From the IMG/VR virus record IMGVR_UViG_3300032334_001259, positions 186,001-250,000 of that record: DNA of 64,000 nucleotides; one strand, 5' to 3'. Position 1 is the stretch's first letter. Each line of letters starts with the position of its first letter. Position numbers and translations under genes: made by a program. Positions 48,949 through 57,941 of this stretch are shown in pieces. The notes under the pieces are model-generated. The model was not told where the DNA came from. It was given only the letters and a program-made list of their open reading frames with translations, and ran no database searches.

Positions 48949-51900
48949 TTAAACTTCACGCAAAGACAATCTACCCGTCTCATATTCTCTTGTAAATGTA
49001 TCAAGAAGTGCTTGACCACCAGCTTCTTTATAGTGTTTTACCAATATTTCATATGCTTCCGTTGGTGTATCAGCACCAACTTCAATAAATCGATCAACAG
49101 AGGTATCTCTATATAATGCAAACACTTTACTTGCATTTGCACGACCAATACGGTCTACAATTACATTAGAACGCTGTGGCTGTGGTTTTGGTTGTGGTTT
49201 TGGTTTTCTTACACCAGTTTTATAATCAGTTGGTGTTACCAGATGATATGGTCCATTACCATTACTAATATTATTTGCAATGTTGCGATAACCGCCATTA
49301 TTAAGATTTGCTAATGCACTTTCTTCACTATCGCCACGAACACGAACAAATACAAAGTTATTTGTATCACTTACAACATAGAACTCAATCTTGCCGCTAC
49401 CAACAACAACAATGTGATTTATATCTTGCTTGCCTATGGCTTGACGTGCGTTTCTGCTGCCCCAATGCAATCTACGATTACCACGATAAACAATCATATT
49501 GTTATCAAATGCATTTGCATAATAATCAGCAATTTCTGCAACTTGATCTTGTGTATATTTTGCTGGATCAAAACGTGCAATAATATGGTCATCATAATCT
49601 TCAATGCGATATGCAAGAGTATTGTAAACCTGTTCAGCATTAGGTTTGCCATCCAAACCGTTTCGCTCAATTTTTATGATTTCACCATAAAGTGATGCAA
49701 TGTTATTATCACTATAATTATATCCTATAACATTCAAGTAATTTTTAACATCTTCTCTGCTAACATTTGGTATAAGATTTTTTACAGCTTCAAATTCTAT
49801 TTCATCAGTGTTTGCTTGATTTGGATAAAGTCCTAATCTGCTATACTCACGATTCTTTAAACCATTGCCCTGCATATAAATCGTTGTGACGTAAATGTTA
49901 AAATATGGGAACTTTAACAAATATGCTTGTGTATCCATATTGCGTTCATTTAGCCAATCATATGCAAGTTTAATCATTTCATATAGTTGTTCACCATGAA
50001 CTTCTACTACTTCATCACCTAATTTAGTTTCAATTTTAGCAGTAATTTTACCTTGACCGATTGGTTTAACTGGCTCACGTGACTTACGAACTGCTTGAAC
50101 TTGACGCACCAATTCTTCTTTGTCAATATCACCAGTAACATATTTTGCAAATATATCAACTGTGCTACTGTCTTTCTTTACGCTATCTACAATAAGTTTA
50201 TAAAACTTCTTGTGATATTCTTGTTTGCTATCTTCTGGATCAGCAGCCGCAGCCATAGCACGAACATAACGTAACATTGTGTTACGGATTTCATCATACT
50301 TTTCAAAGTAATTGCCACCAGCACTACGAAACTCAATATAATTAGACTTGATGTTTACACTTACGTAACGATCACCTTTAGTTCCACTGATAATTTTGTT
50401 TACTTCTCTATTAGTTTGGTCAAGTAAACCAGCACGTGCATCATCCAATATCTTTGGTAGTGACTTACGGAAATCACGTGTTTCTGTTGCTTTATATGCT
50501 TGGTCAAACATACTCTTTGTCCAACGGCTGTTTAGTCGTTCAAAACGGTCTAATACATACTTGTCACCAAGCAACAATATAAGTTTAAGGTGATTTATAT
50601 TTGCCATAGTTTGGTCAGGAACACTAACACCAATATGGAAACCTGTTGTGCGATTAGTATAATAACGGTTACGCTTTGCCCATGTGAATACGTTATTAAG
50701 TGCTTCAAGTGCATCATCAAGTAACATTGGTGGTGATACAAGTTCTACACCGCCATCTTCAAAGTCTTCTGGACTATCTAAACTGCTATCTGGTTCAAAT
50801 ATCCAGTAATCACCACGACTTGTGCCGTGATAACCACTGCTTTCAACTGCGCTATAACCTGTTGCATTTTCAAAACTATTCACTAAATCATCATAAGTTA
50901 CATCACCTGAACTACTGCCATCAGTCATATATGGCCAATCAAGACTATCAACATTTGTTTCACGATTAATGTAACGTGCAAAACCTTGCATTGTGTCAAT
51001 TTCGTGGATTCTTAAAAAGTCTTGCCAGTTTTCTTTATCGTTTTCATTTTCCCAATTTTCACGAACAGAAGATTCGGCTTCATCTTTTTGTTCTTCGGTT
51101 ACTTCACTGTAATCATCTACGCCTACTTCATCAGCAATTGCTTGTTTCCATTCATCGCTGTTTTCATATTCATAATATTGATCACTTACATAATCGCTAA
51201 AGTTTTCATAGAATGCTTCTAATGCACGTTCTACACTGCGACGACTATTGCCATAATCACCTTCTGTAAAGAAGTCTATAATCATACGTTGGCGATCTTT
51301 GTAAGTTTCATCTGCTGGAAAATCTTCATCTTGATCATAATCTGGCTCTGGGTCTTCTTCTTCACCTTGTAGACCAGGTACATACATTTCAGTTTCAAAG
51401 CCAACACGCATTTGTTGTGCAAACTCGCTCTTGGCAAATGCTTCCAAACTCTTTGGATTCATTTTTACTTCTGCAAGGAAAGATTCTGTTAGACTTTCTT
51501 CAATGCTTTCGTTGCGTTCTGGAACTGCTACAATAGTATAACCTGGTCCCATATTATGTTCAGTTGCCCAACTTTGTGCATAACGACGAGCAGCAGTTTC
51601 ACTTGCAGCAGTAAATGTATGGTAAACACCGCCCATACTACCTACAATATTATATGTAGTTTCTCCTTGCGGTGTAGCACGATGCTGTGCAATAATTAGT
51701 GGTGGTATTGTATTGCCAGCAATATCATAACCACGCTGTATTTCCCAATCTGCATATTGTCGTTGTTGTTCTGGTTGTGGTCTTGGTTGTGGAATTAGTT
51801 GACCTTGCGCATCCCATAGATTATTGTTGTTTGGTGTTCTAATTGCAATATTTGCTAATGATAGACCACGTTGTTGTGCAAAACTTTGTGCTGCTTGACT

Positions 51901-54900
51901 TGCTTGGTAAAAACTTCGTGCTTGTGTTGCTAATAATTCTGTGCCATCGCTTCGGTTTACAACAACATATGTTCCGCCAGATTGTTGTTGCTGTACTGGC
52001 TGTGCTGATGCACCGCCAACAGTTCTCCATTCCCACCTGCCATTTATAAGACGATTATCATCTGCCCATTGTCTTGCATATTGGTATGCTGCTGCTTGAC
52101 TGTCAGCAGTAAAACGATGAACAACACCGCCTTGCGATAGTATTTCAAATTGTTGTCCTGACTGTGATGCTTGTTGTGTTTCATTAGGTCTAAACAGATT
52201 GTATGAATCAAGTGCTATATTATTTCTATTTGCATATTCACGAGCTGCTGCAATAGCCTCTTGGGTAGTAGTATAAGTTCCTTGTGCAATTACTCTATCA
52301 CCACTACTGGTTCGCATTTGGAATACAGCGCCAGCAGTTTGGTATGGCATTTGCGGAATAGTTGCAGCAGTTTGTGTTTGTCCAACAGTTTGTGCATCTG
52401 TTTCACGGCGTGTCATAAATTGCGGAACATCAATCATTTCACCACTTGGTGCTTGTAGTTGAACACTATCAGGATAACCACCATCACGTGCAATTCTGCG
52501 ACCATAACCACGAGCACGATCCATTACATCAAGTAGTGTGCCAAACATAGTTACTTGACGTGAACCGTTTATAAACAACATAAAGTTTTGTTGTGCGTCT
52601 TGTGGTGTTTGTGTTTGTTGTGGTTCGCTACGGCGTGTTTCGTTGGCTGTAAAAACATTATAATATGTATTAACACCCATATAATTGTGTTTTAATTCAT
52701 AATTATTATAATTTACACCACGACCACGCAACCACCTAAATGCTAAATCAGAAGCATCGTATTTGTTATCTGCACGAACAATCTGCACTGCTAATTCTGT
52801 ATCTTTATAAACTATTTCATAACGATTGCTACCACTGCCAATACCAGTGTCACTTGCAACAAACGCCAGTGGTGGTAGTGCAGGCATTAAACCACTTACA
52901 TACGTAGCATTTTTCAAACGAACCAGCATTACATCTTGTAGATAATAGCCACTGTCACTGCTTGTCCAATTACGTGCATCGTCATAAACTTCATAAGGAT
53001 CATTGCCATAAAACTTTTTAAGAACTGTTCCGTTCTTGGTGCGAACTTCATATTCCTCTACACCAGAACCTTTTTTATCACGACTAATAGCACGTTTACG
53101 CTGTTCATTACGAACATGTGATAACAGTGCAGTCTTTGGAATAGTGCCGCTTACATATTGACTAAAATACTTGATTGTATCTGTATCTTCTTTTGGTGCA
53201 TTAGTTGCTAATAATTTATAAAACTTCTTTGCATATTCTTGCTTTTCTGCTTCTGGATCAATCGCAATACTCAATGCATAAACTGTGCGGTAAAGGGTGT
53301 TTATAACTTTATCTAAATCCATATCTAACCAATTACCGCCAGGACTACGAATCTCAATACGATTATCTTTGGTGTTGATACTGGTAAACTTATCAGTATT
53401 AGTATCGTGAATCATCTTACTAACAGTTTTGTTTAAGTTAGTGCGAATCATACTAATTGCTTGTTCTGCTTTGCCTGGATTACGCTTGATTACAGTGGCT
53501 ACTTTATCTAATGCACTTACTGCATAATTATTACCAAGACGACCGAATGTATCAAGAACATACTTGTCTCCTAAAAATAGTGCCATCTTTACATAATCAA
53601 GATTTTGCAAACTATAACCAGGCAGACTTACATTCATATGCAGACCAGTGGTTTTATTGGTATAAGCATTTCCACTCTTTGCCCACGCTGCAACTTTCTT
53701 TATAACATCTACCATTTGCGGAATAGTTAGTGGTGGACTTACAAACTCCCAACCTTCACCACCACGACCGCTGCTTGCATGCAAACTACTATCTGGTTCA
53801 ACCTTAAAGTAATTAGGTTTTTGGCGTTGGGTGTGATAACCACCACTTACTTGTATATCATAACCTACGGCTTGACTAAAACTACGTGCAGGCGGACCAT
53901 CGCCACGACCACGACTATTATCATAATCTGGTTCTGTCCAGTGCGGCCAATTTATAGTTCCACTAAAATAATTGTGAATGTCACTATATGTATCACCACC
54001 AATAACACTATCTAAAAAGTCTTCTACAAGTGAGCCGTCTTCGCTTGCTTTATCATACCACTTTTCATAGTTTTCACGAGTGAAGCGCATGTAAGCATCA
54101 ATTGGTGGTATTTCAGGAAATAGTTCACCTTGCTTTTCATAATCACGACCATAGGTTTTATCTAACCATACTTGATATCGTGTATCAGTTTGTCCACTTT
54201 CTTGACTATTTGCCCAATTATCAAACGCAATTTTAGCATAAGTTTCATATTCACCAGCAATACTTTCTTGAACTTGTTGTATATCACGGCGAGTATTATG
54301 GTCACCACGGAAGAATTCCATAATTGAATTTTGTAAATCAGTTAGATTATCTGCAAATATGTTTCCATCTTGGTCATAATCTGGTTCGCTGTCAAAGTCT
54401 TCGTATGGATCATAGTCATCGTCATCTTCAAACTCTGTAACGATAAGTTCAAACTCTAAACCAGCACGTGCAAGTGGCAATGCATCAACTGCTTTTTTAA
54501 GTGCAGTAGGACTCATTGCAACTTCATTTAATAATTCTTCTGTAATCAAACTATCGCCAAGCACTACATCTTCAAGCCAAGGAATCTTTGGACTTTGTTG
54601 ATCTCCACGTGGATATTCATCCCATGGAAACTTTGCTACTGCACGGTCAGTAAGAGTAGGACCACCACCAACTGTTCCAAGAATACTTGGTGCGTGTTCG
54701 CTTTGCTTTTGTGGTCCAAGTAAGCGCATAAACTTTACCTTGTCTCTTGGCATTACATAATCATAAGAAAGTTGGTTATCAATTGTTCCATCAATAATTA
54801 TATCTACTGCAATATTTTTGAATCCAAGTGCGGTTTGTGCATATACACGATAAGTCTTTCGCAGATCAGGCAACGTTCCTTGAACAAAGAATGTGACAGT

Positions 54901-57486
54901 TGCTTTTGCAAATCGCACATATCCAAGTTTAAATGCTGCTTCATATCCATCTATACCTTGGCTATGTAGATAACCTTCGTGATATTCTGGTGGAACATAA
55001 ACAACTTTACGATCAGGCAATATCCAACCATGTGTTTCATTTGGGTCAAGTGCTTCTTCAATGCTTTCAGCCTTTTGCATCCACTTACTTTTAATGTATT
55101 CAATTACACCCATAGTATCTTTAATATTATTCTGCTGCATGAATCGCACAATCTTGCGACCATTTTCATAATCAGTATCACCAGGCTTTCGTGAATTGCT
55201 TAATTCTCTACGTAAACCAAAGTCATCACCATCAATATTATAATAACGCAAGTCAAACAATATCTTGCTTGCTTCTTTGCTTAATGTTGAACGATTCTGT
55301 CCAAATAACAATTCAACATAAGGAGCCAAATAACTTTTTCTGCTATATTGCTTACGTGATGGTTGTGGACCTTTAAGGATATTCTTTGCCGCACCAATTG
55401 TAATACTCTTTGCAGTATTTTGTAATCTCCATGCTTCTTCATCGGCATAAAGATATGTTGGAATACCACGCTTTTTTGCAGCAAGTAATACACGGCGCAC
55501 CGCTGGACTTTGGAACTCATGTTGTTCTTTAATTAAAACATGAACACTCATTACTGGTGTAATTGCAATAGTGCCATCACGACTGAATACACGGTCTTCA
55601 CTTTCACGATGACGTGTAGTGCTTTGGTCATTCCAATAATCAATTGGTTTTACTTTATAATTTTGGTTTAACCAACGACCATTCAATACAAACATTACAG
55701 CACTATTACCAACATATTTGTGATAACCACCGCTACGACTGCGTGTAGTGCTTAAAAAGTATGGATAACCTTTTGGTTGTAGTTTATATTCCCAATCACT
55801 GCCAACAGTGTTGCTCAACTTAAACTCACCACTTGTTAATATTTCAGCGGCAGCAGTTGTTCCTGTGTAATGGTATAGAACATCAGTTGCTAATTCTGTT
55901 AGTGGTTCAACGCCTTCATCAAGTTGTGATTGTATACTTTTAACAATTTGTGGTGATGCTTTTCCGCTTGTCCATTCAGTTTCAATACTGCCATCAGGAT
56001 TCATCCAGAATAATGCTGCTTCACCATTGTCAATAGCATCAAGATAACGATCAGCAACATAGAAATTATGATGGAAATCATTTTCTGCAGCTTTTTCATA
56101 TGTATAGGTTGCTAATACATGACCATCACGTGTATCAAATACACCAATGTAAAATGGTTTACCACGGAAACTACCAACATTCTTGTTGGTGCTTTCTTCT
56201 AAATCTTTACGATGACTACGCTTGTAGTATGAACACCAACCATTAGGCGCAATCTTGCCTTTTACCGCACTACAACCATGAGGAGGACGCCACATAGTGC
56301 AGTGGTCGCAACGTTGACCATTGCGAGGCATTGCCTGATACTTTGCTTCGGCTTTGGTTGATTTTTCTGCGGCTTCTTCAACTTTCTTTTGTGCAAGATG
56401 CATTATATCTTTTTTAGGAACAACATAAACATCAATGGTTTTCTTGTTCTCTACATCAATCGCTTTTTTCATACGATTTAAACCATCAGCAACACTTAAA
56501 TGACCATCATCATTTTGTATTACAAGTAGCGGATAACGTGTGTCAGCATTCTGCATACGCTCACGCTGTGCTGCATTATCTTGCCACCAACTTAAATCGT
56601 GTTTAATTTTATCTAATGGAAAATTCTTGTGCAAATATTGTGGTTTAGATTGTGCAAACTTTAATACCGCTTCTACACTAAACTGATTGCCAGCATCATC
56701 GCCAAACTTACTACCGTGAAAGTAATCTTTTGCTTCATACTTTGGTAAACCGTATAAATCTAAATCAACACCGTGTGTAGAACCATAATAGGTATCATCT
56801 ACATTTGGTTTATATGGTTTACGACCAACCTTTACAAGTTTTGGTAAATCATCCCAATCACCACCAATGCCTGGTGCTTCTGTAATGTTTTCTTCAACTG
56901 CTTCGCCTAATCCCAAACCAATACGCACTGCTTGCATAAGTGTTTTGCCATCTACCATGATGTTTTGTGGGACTTGTGTAGCACGTTCAAAAGCATCTGC
57001 ATCACCACTCTTTGCTGCTTCACGTGCATTAGTAGCACTGGTTAGTCGTGGACTTTCAACAAATGTAAGTGGTTCAAATTTATAAAAACCGTGTGCAACT
57101 TCTTTGCCATTATATTGTTCAAGCACTGGACGCATACTTGCCATATCATCTTCGCCAGCAACAAAGGTTGCACTACGGAAACCTTTTTCATAAAGATAAG
57201 CAGCGGCTTGTAGGAATGTTTTAATATTTGGATCTTCTACGATATGACCTTTGGTTTCTGGATATAATGTATAAAGCCAACGTAGTTTTAAATCATATGG
57301 CAGTGGATTTTTTTTCTTGTCTTGTGACTTACTTAAAAATCCTGCCCATGCACCATTCTTTGCACTGGTAATTGTAGTTTGGATTAATCCCTGATGACCA
57401 AAATGTGGTGGATTTAGTCTGCCAAAGAAGAAAGAGATATGTGGTCCGCTTGCTTCTTTTAATGTGCTGTTAATAATTGTCATCAT
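48949..57486 (-). CDS. 2845-aa multidomain polyprotein: HIGH-type nucleotidyltransferase, ParB-like, HiPIP, ART-like, two amidoligase domains and repeat modules
   Basis: GRLNPPHFGH; VADGLNR; CDHC-x8-C-x12-C; YHYT/STT/ESE; two copies of GxExE...EPDSS...ExVSPP...TGxH...IExRSxGG. Confidence 0.8.
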   Translation of the reverse strand: MMTIINSTLKEASGPHISFFFGRLNPPHFGHQGLIQTTITSAKNGAWAGFLSKSQDKKKNPLPYDLKLRWLYTLYPETKGHIVEDPNIKTFLQAAAYLYEKGFRSATFVAGEDDMASMRPVLEQYNGKEVAHGFYKFEPLTFVESPRLTSATNAREAAKSGDADAFERATQVPQNIMVDGKTLMQAVRIGLGLGEAVEENITEAPGIGGDWDDLPKLVKVGRKPYKPNVDDTYYGSTHGVDLDLYGLPKYEAKDYFHGSKFGDDAGNQFSVEAVLKFAQSKPQYLHKNFPLDKIKHDLSWWQDNAAQRERMQNADTRYPLLVIQNDDGHLSVADGLNRMKKAIDVENKKTIDVYVVPKKDIMHLAQKKVEEAAEKSTKAEAKYQAMPRNGQRCDHCTMWRPPHGCSAVKGKIAPNGWCSYYKRSHRKDLEESTNKNVGSFRGKPFYIGVFDTRDGHVLATYTYEKAAENDFHHNFYVADRYLDAIDNGEAALFWMNPDGSIETEWTSGKASPQIVKSIQSQLDEGVEPLTELATDVLYHYTGTTAAAEILTSGEFKLSNTVGSDWEYKLQPKGYPYFLSTTRSRSGGYHKYVGNSAVMFVLNGRWLNQNYKVKPIDYWNDQSTTRHRESEDRVFSRDGTIAITPVMSVHVLIKEQHEFQSPAVRRVLLAAKKRGIPTYLYADEEAWRLQNTAKSITIGAAKNILKGPQPSRKQYSRKSYLAPYVELLFGQNRSTLSKEASKILFDLRYYNIDGDDFGLRRELSNSRKPGDTDYENGRKIVRFMQQNNIKDTMGVIEYIKSKWMQKAESIEEALDPNETHGWILPDRKVVYVPPEYHEGYLHSQGIDGYEAAFKLGYVRFAKATVTFFVQGTLPDLRKTYRVYAQTALGFKNIAVDIIIDGTIDNQLSYDYVMPRDKVKFMRLLGPQKQSEHAPSILGTVGGGPTLTDRAVAKFPWDEYPRGDQQSPKIPWLEDVVLGDSLITEELLNEVAMSPTALKKAVDALPLARAGLEFELIVTEFEDDDDYDPYEDFDSEPDYDQDGNIFADNLTDLQNSIMEFFRGDHNTRRDIQQVQESIAGEYETYAKIAFDNWANSQESGQTDTRYQVWLDKTYGRDYEKQGELFPEIPPIDAYMRFTRENYEKWYDKASEDGSLVEDFLDSVIGGDTYSDIHNYFSGTINWPHWTEPDYDNSRGRGDGPPARSFSQAVGYDIQVSGGYHTQRQKPNYFKVEPDSSLHASSGRGGEGWEFVSPPLTIPQMVDVIKKVAAWAKSGNAYTNKTTGLHMNVSLPGYSLQNLDYVKMALFLGDKYVLDTFGRLGNNYAVSALDKVATVIKRNPGKAEQAISMIRTNLNKTVSKMIHDTNTDKFTSINTKDNRIEIRSPGGNWLDMDLDKVINTLYRTVYALSIAIDPEAEKQEYAKKFYKLLATNAPKEDTDTIKYFSQYVSGTIPKTALLSHVRNEQRKRAISRDKKGSGVEEYEVRTKNGTVLKKFYGNDPYEVYDDARNWTSSDSGYYLQDVMLVRLKNATYVSGLMPALPPLAFVASDTGIGSGSNRYEIVYKDTELAVQIVRADNKYDASDLAFRWLRGRGVNYNNYELKHNYMGVNTYYNVFTANETRRSEPQQTQTPQDAQQNFMLFINGSRQVTMFGTLLDVMDRARGYGRRIARDGGYPDSVQLQAPSGEMIDVPQFMTRRETDAQTVGQTQTAATIPQMPYQTAGAVFQMRTSSGDRVIAQGTYTTTQEAIAAAREYANRNNIALDSYNLFRPNETQQASQSGQQFEILSQGGVVHRFTADSQAAAYQYARQWADDNRLINGRWEWRTVGGASAQPVQQQQSGGTYVVVNRSDGTELLATQARSFYQASQAAQSFAQQRGLSLANIAIRTPNNNNLWDAQGQLIPQPRPQPEQQRQYADWEIQRGYDIAGNTIPPLIIAQHRATPQGETTYNIVGSMGGVYHTFTAASETAARRYAQSWATEHNMGPGYTIVAVPERNESIEESLTESFLAEVKMNPKSLEAFAKSEFAQQMRVGFETEMYVPGLQGEEEDPEPDYDQDEDFPADETYKDRQRMIIDFFTEGDYGNSRRSVERALEAFYENFSDYVSDQYYEYENSDEWKQAIADEVGVDDYSEVTEEQKDEAESSVRENWENENDKENWQDFLRIHEIDTMQGFARYINRETNVDSLDWPYMTDGSSSGDVTYDDLVNSFENATGYSAVESSGYHGTSRGDYWIFEPDSSLDSPEDFEDGGVELVSPPMLLDDALEALNNVFTWAKRNRYYTNRTTGFHIGVSVPDQTMANINHLKLILLLGDKYVLDRFERLNSRWTKSMFDQAYKATETRDFRKSLPKILDDARAGLLDQTNREVNKIISGTKGDRYVSVNIKSNYIEFRSAGGNYFEKYDEIRNTMLRYVRAMAAAADPEDSKQEYHKKFYKLIVDSVKKDSSTVDIFAKYVTGDIDKEELVRQVQAVRKSREPVKPIGQGKITAKIETKLGDEVVEVHGEQLYEMIKLAYDWLNERNMDTQAYLLKFPYFNIYVTTIYMQGNGLKNREYSRLGLYPNQANTDEIEFEAVKNLIPNVSREDVKNYLNVIGYNYSDNNIASLYGEIIKIERNGLDGKPNAEQVYNTLAYRIEDYDDHIIARFDPAKYTQDQVAEIADYYANAFDNNMIVYRGNRRLHWGSRNARQAIGKQDINHIVVVGSGKIEFYVVSDTNNFVFVRVRGDSEESALANLNNGGYRNIANNISNGNGPYHLVTPTDYKTGVRKPKPQPKPQPQRSNVIVDRIGRANASKVFALYRDTSVDRFIEVGADTPTEAYEILVKHYKEAGGQALLDTFTREYETGRLSLREV

Positions 57487-57488
57487 AT

Positions 57489-57515
57489 AATCCAGATAAA
57501 ATATTTATCTGGATT
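57489..57515 (-). promoter_or_regulatory. Late promoter TAAATA inside a 12-bp inverted repeat that covers the polyprotein RBS
   Basis: AATCCAGATAAA-3 nt-TTTATCTGGATT immediately before ATG 57486/57483. Confidence 0.65.
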
Positions 57516-57916
57516 CATTTAGAACGATTTTTACTATAGTAGCCATTCTTAATTGCTCTTATTGTTTTAAGAGCATGGTATCTTTGTTTTAAATCACCCT
57601 TTTTCTTATATTCTGCGCTTTTAAAGTGTGGATTAGCGTCAAGTTCTTTGTGTTGTCTTAATAAATCTTCTTCTGTATCGTTATCATATTCATGTGGTCT
57701 GTATGTTACAACTTGATATGGGAAATGTATTCCCTTGTTCATTGTTGCAAGATTTTGTTCTACCCAATCTGCACCAATACGATCAGCTTCATCTTGAGAA
57801 TCTGCACTAAAAGTATCAACTGTTCTGTATGAACGTTGATTGTATGCATTTGGAAATAATAATTGTACGGCATATGTTTGTTGGGTATCTTCGCCAATTA
57901 TTTCACTATAACGCAT
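57515..57916 (-). CDS. Putative internal head protein carrying one copy of the polyprotein repeat module
   Basis: Start moved to ATG 57916; leader MRYSEIIGE; TFSADSQDEADRIGADW; TAAATA at 57936-57941. Confidence 0.55.
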   Translation of the reverse strand: MRYSEIIGEDTQQTYAVQLLFPNAYNQRSYRTVDTFSADSQDEADRIGADWVEQNLATMNKGIHFPYQVVTYRPHEYDNDTEEDLLRQHKELDANPHFKSAEYKKKGDLKQRYHALKTIRAIKNGYYSKNRSK

Positions 57917-57941
57917 CTTATAATCCTTCAAGTATTATTTA

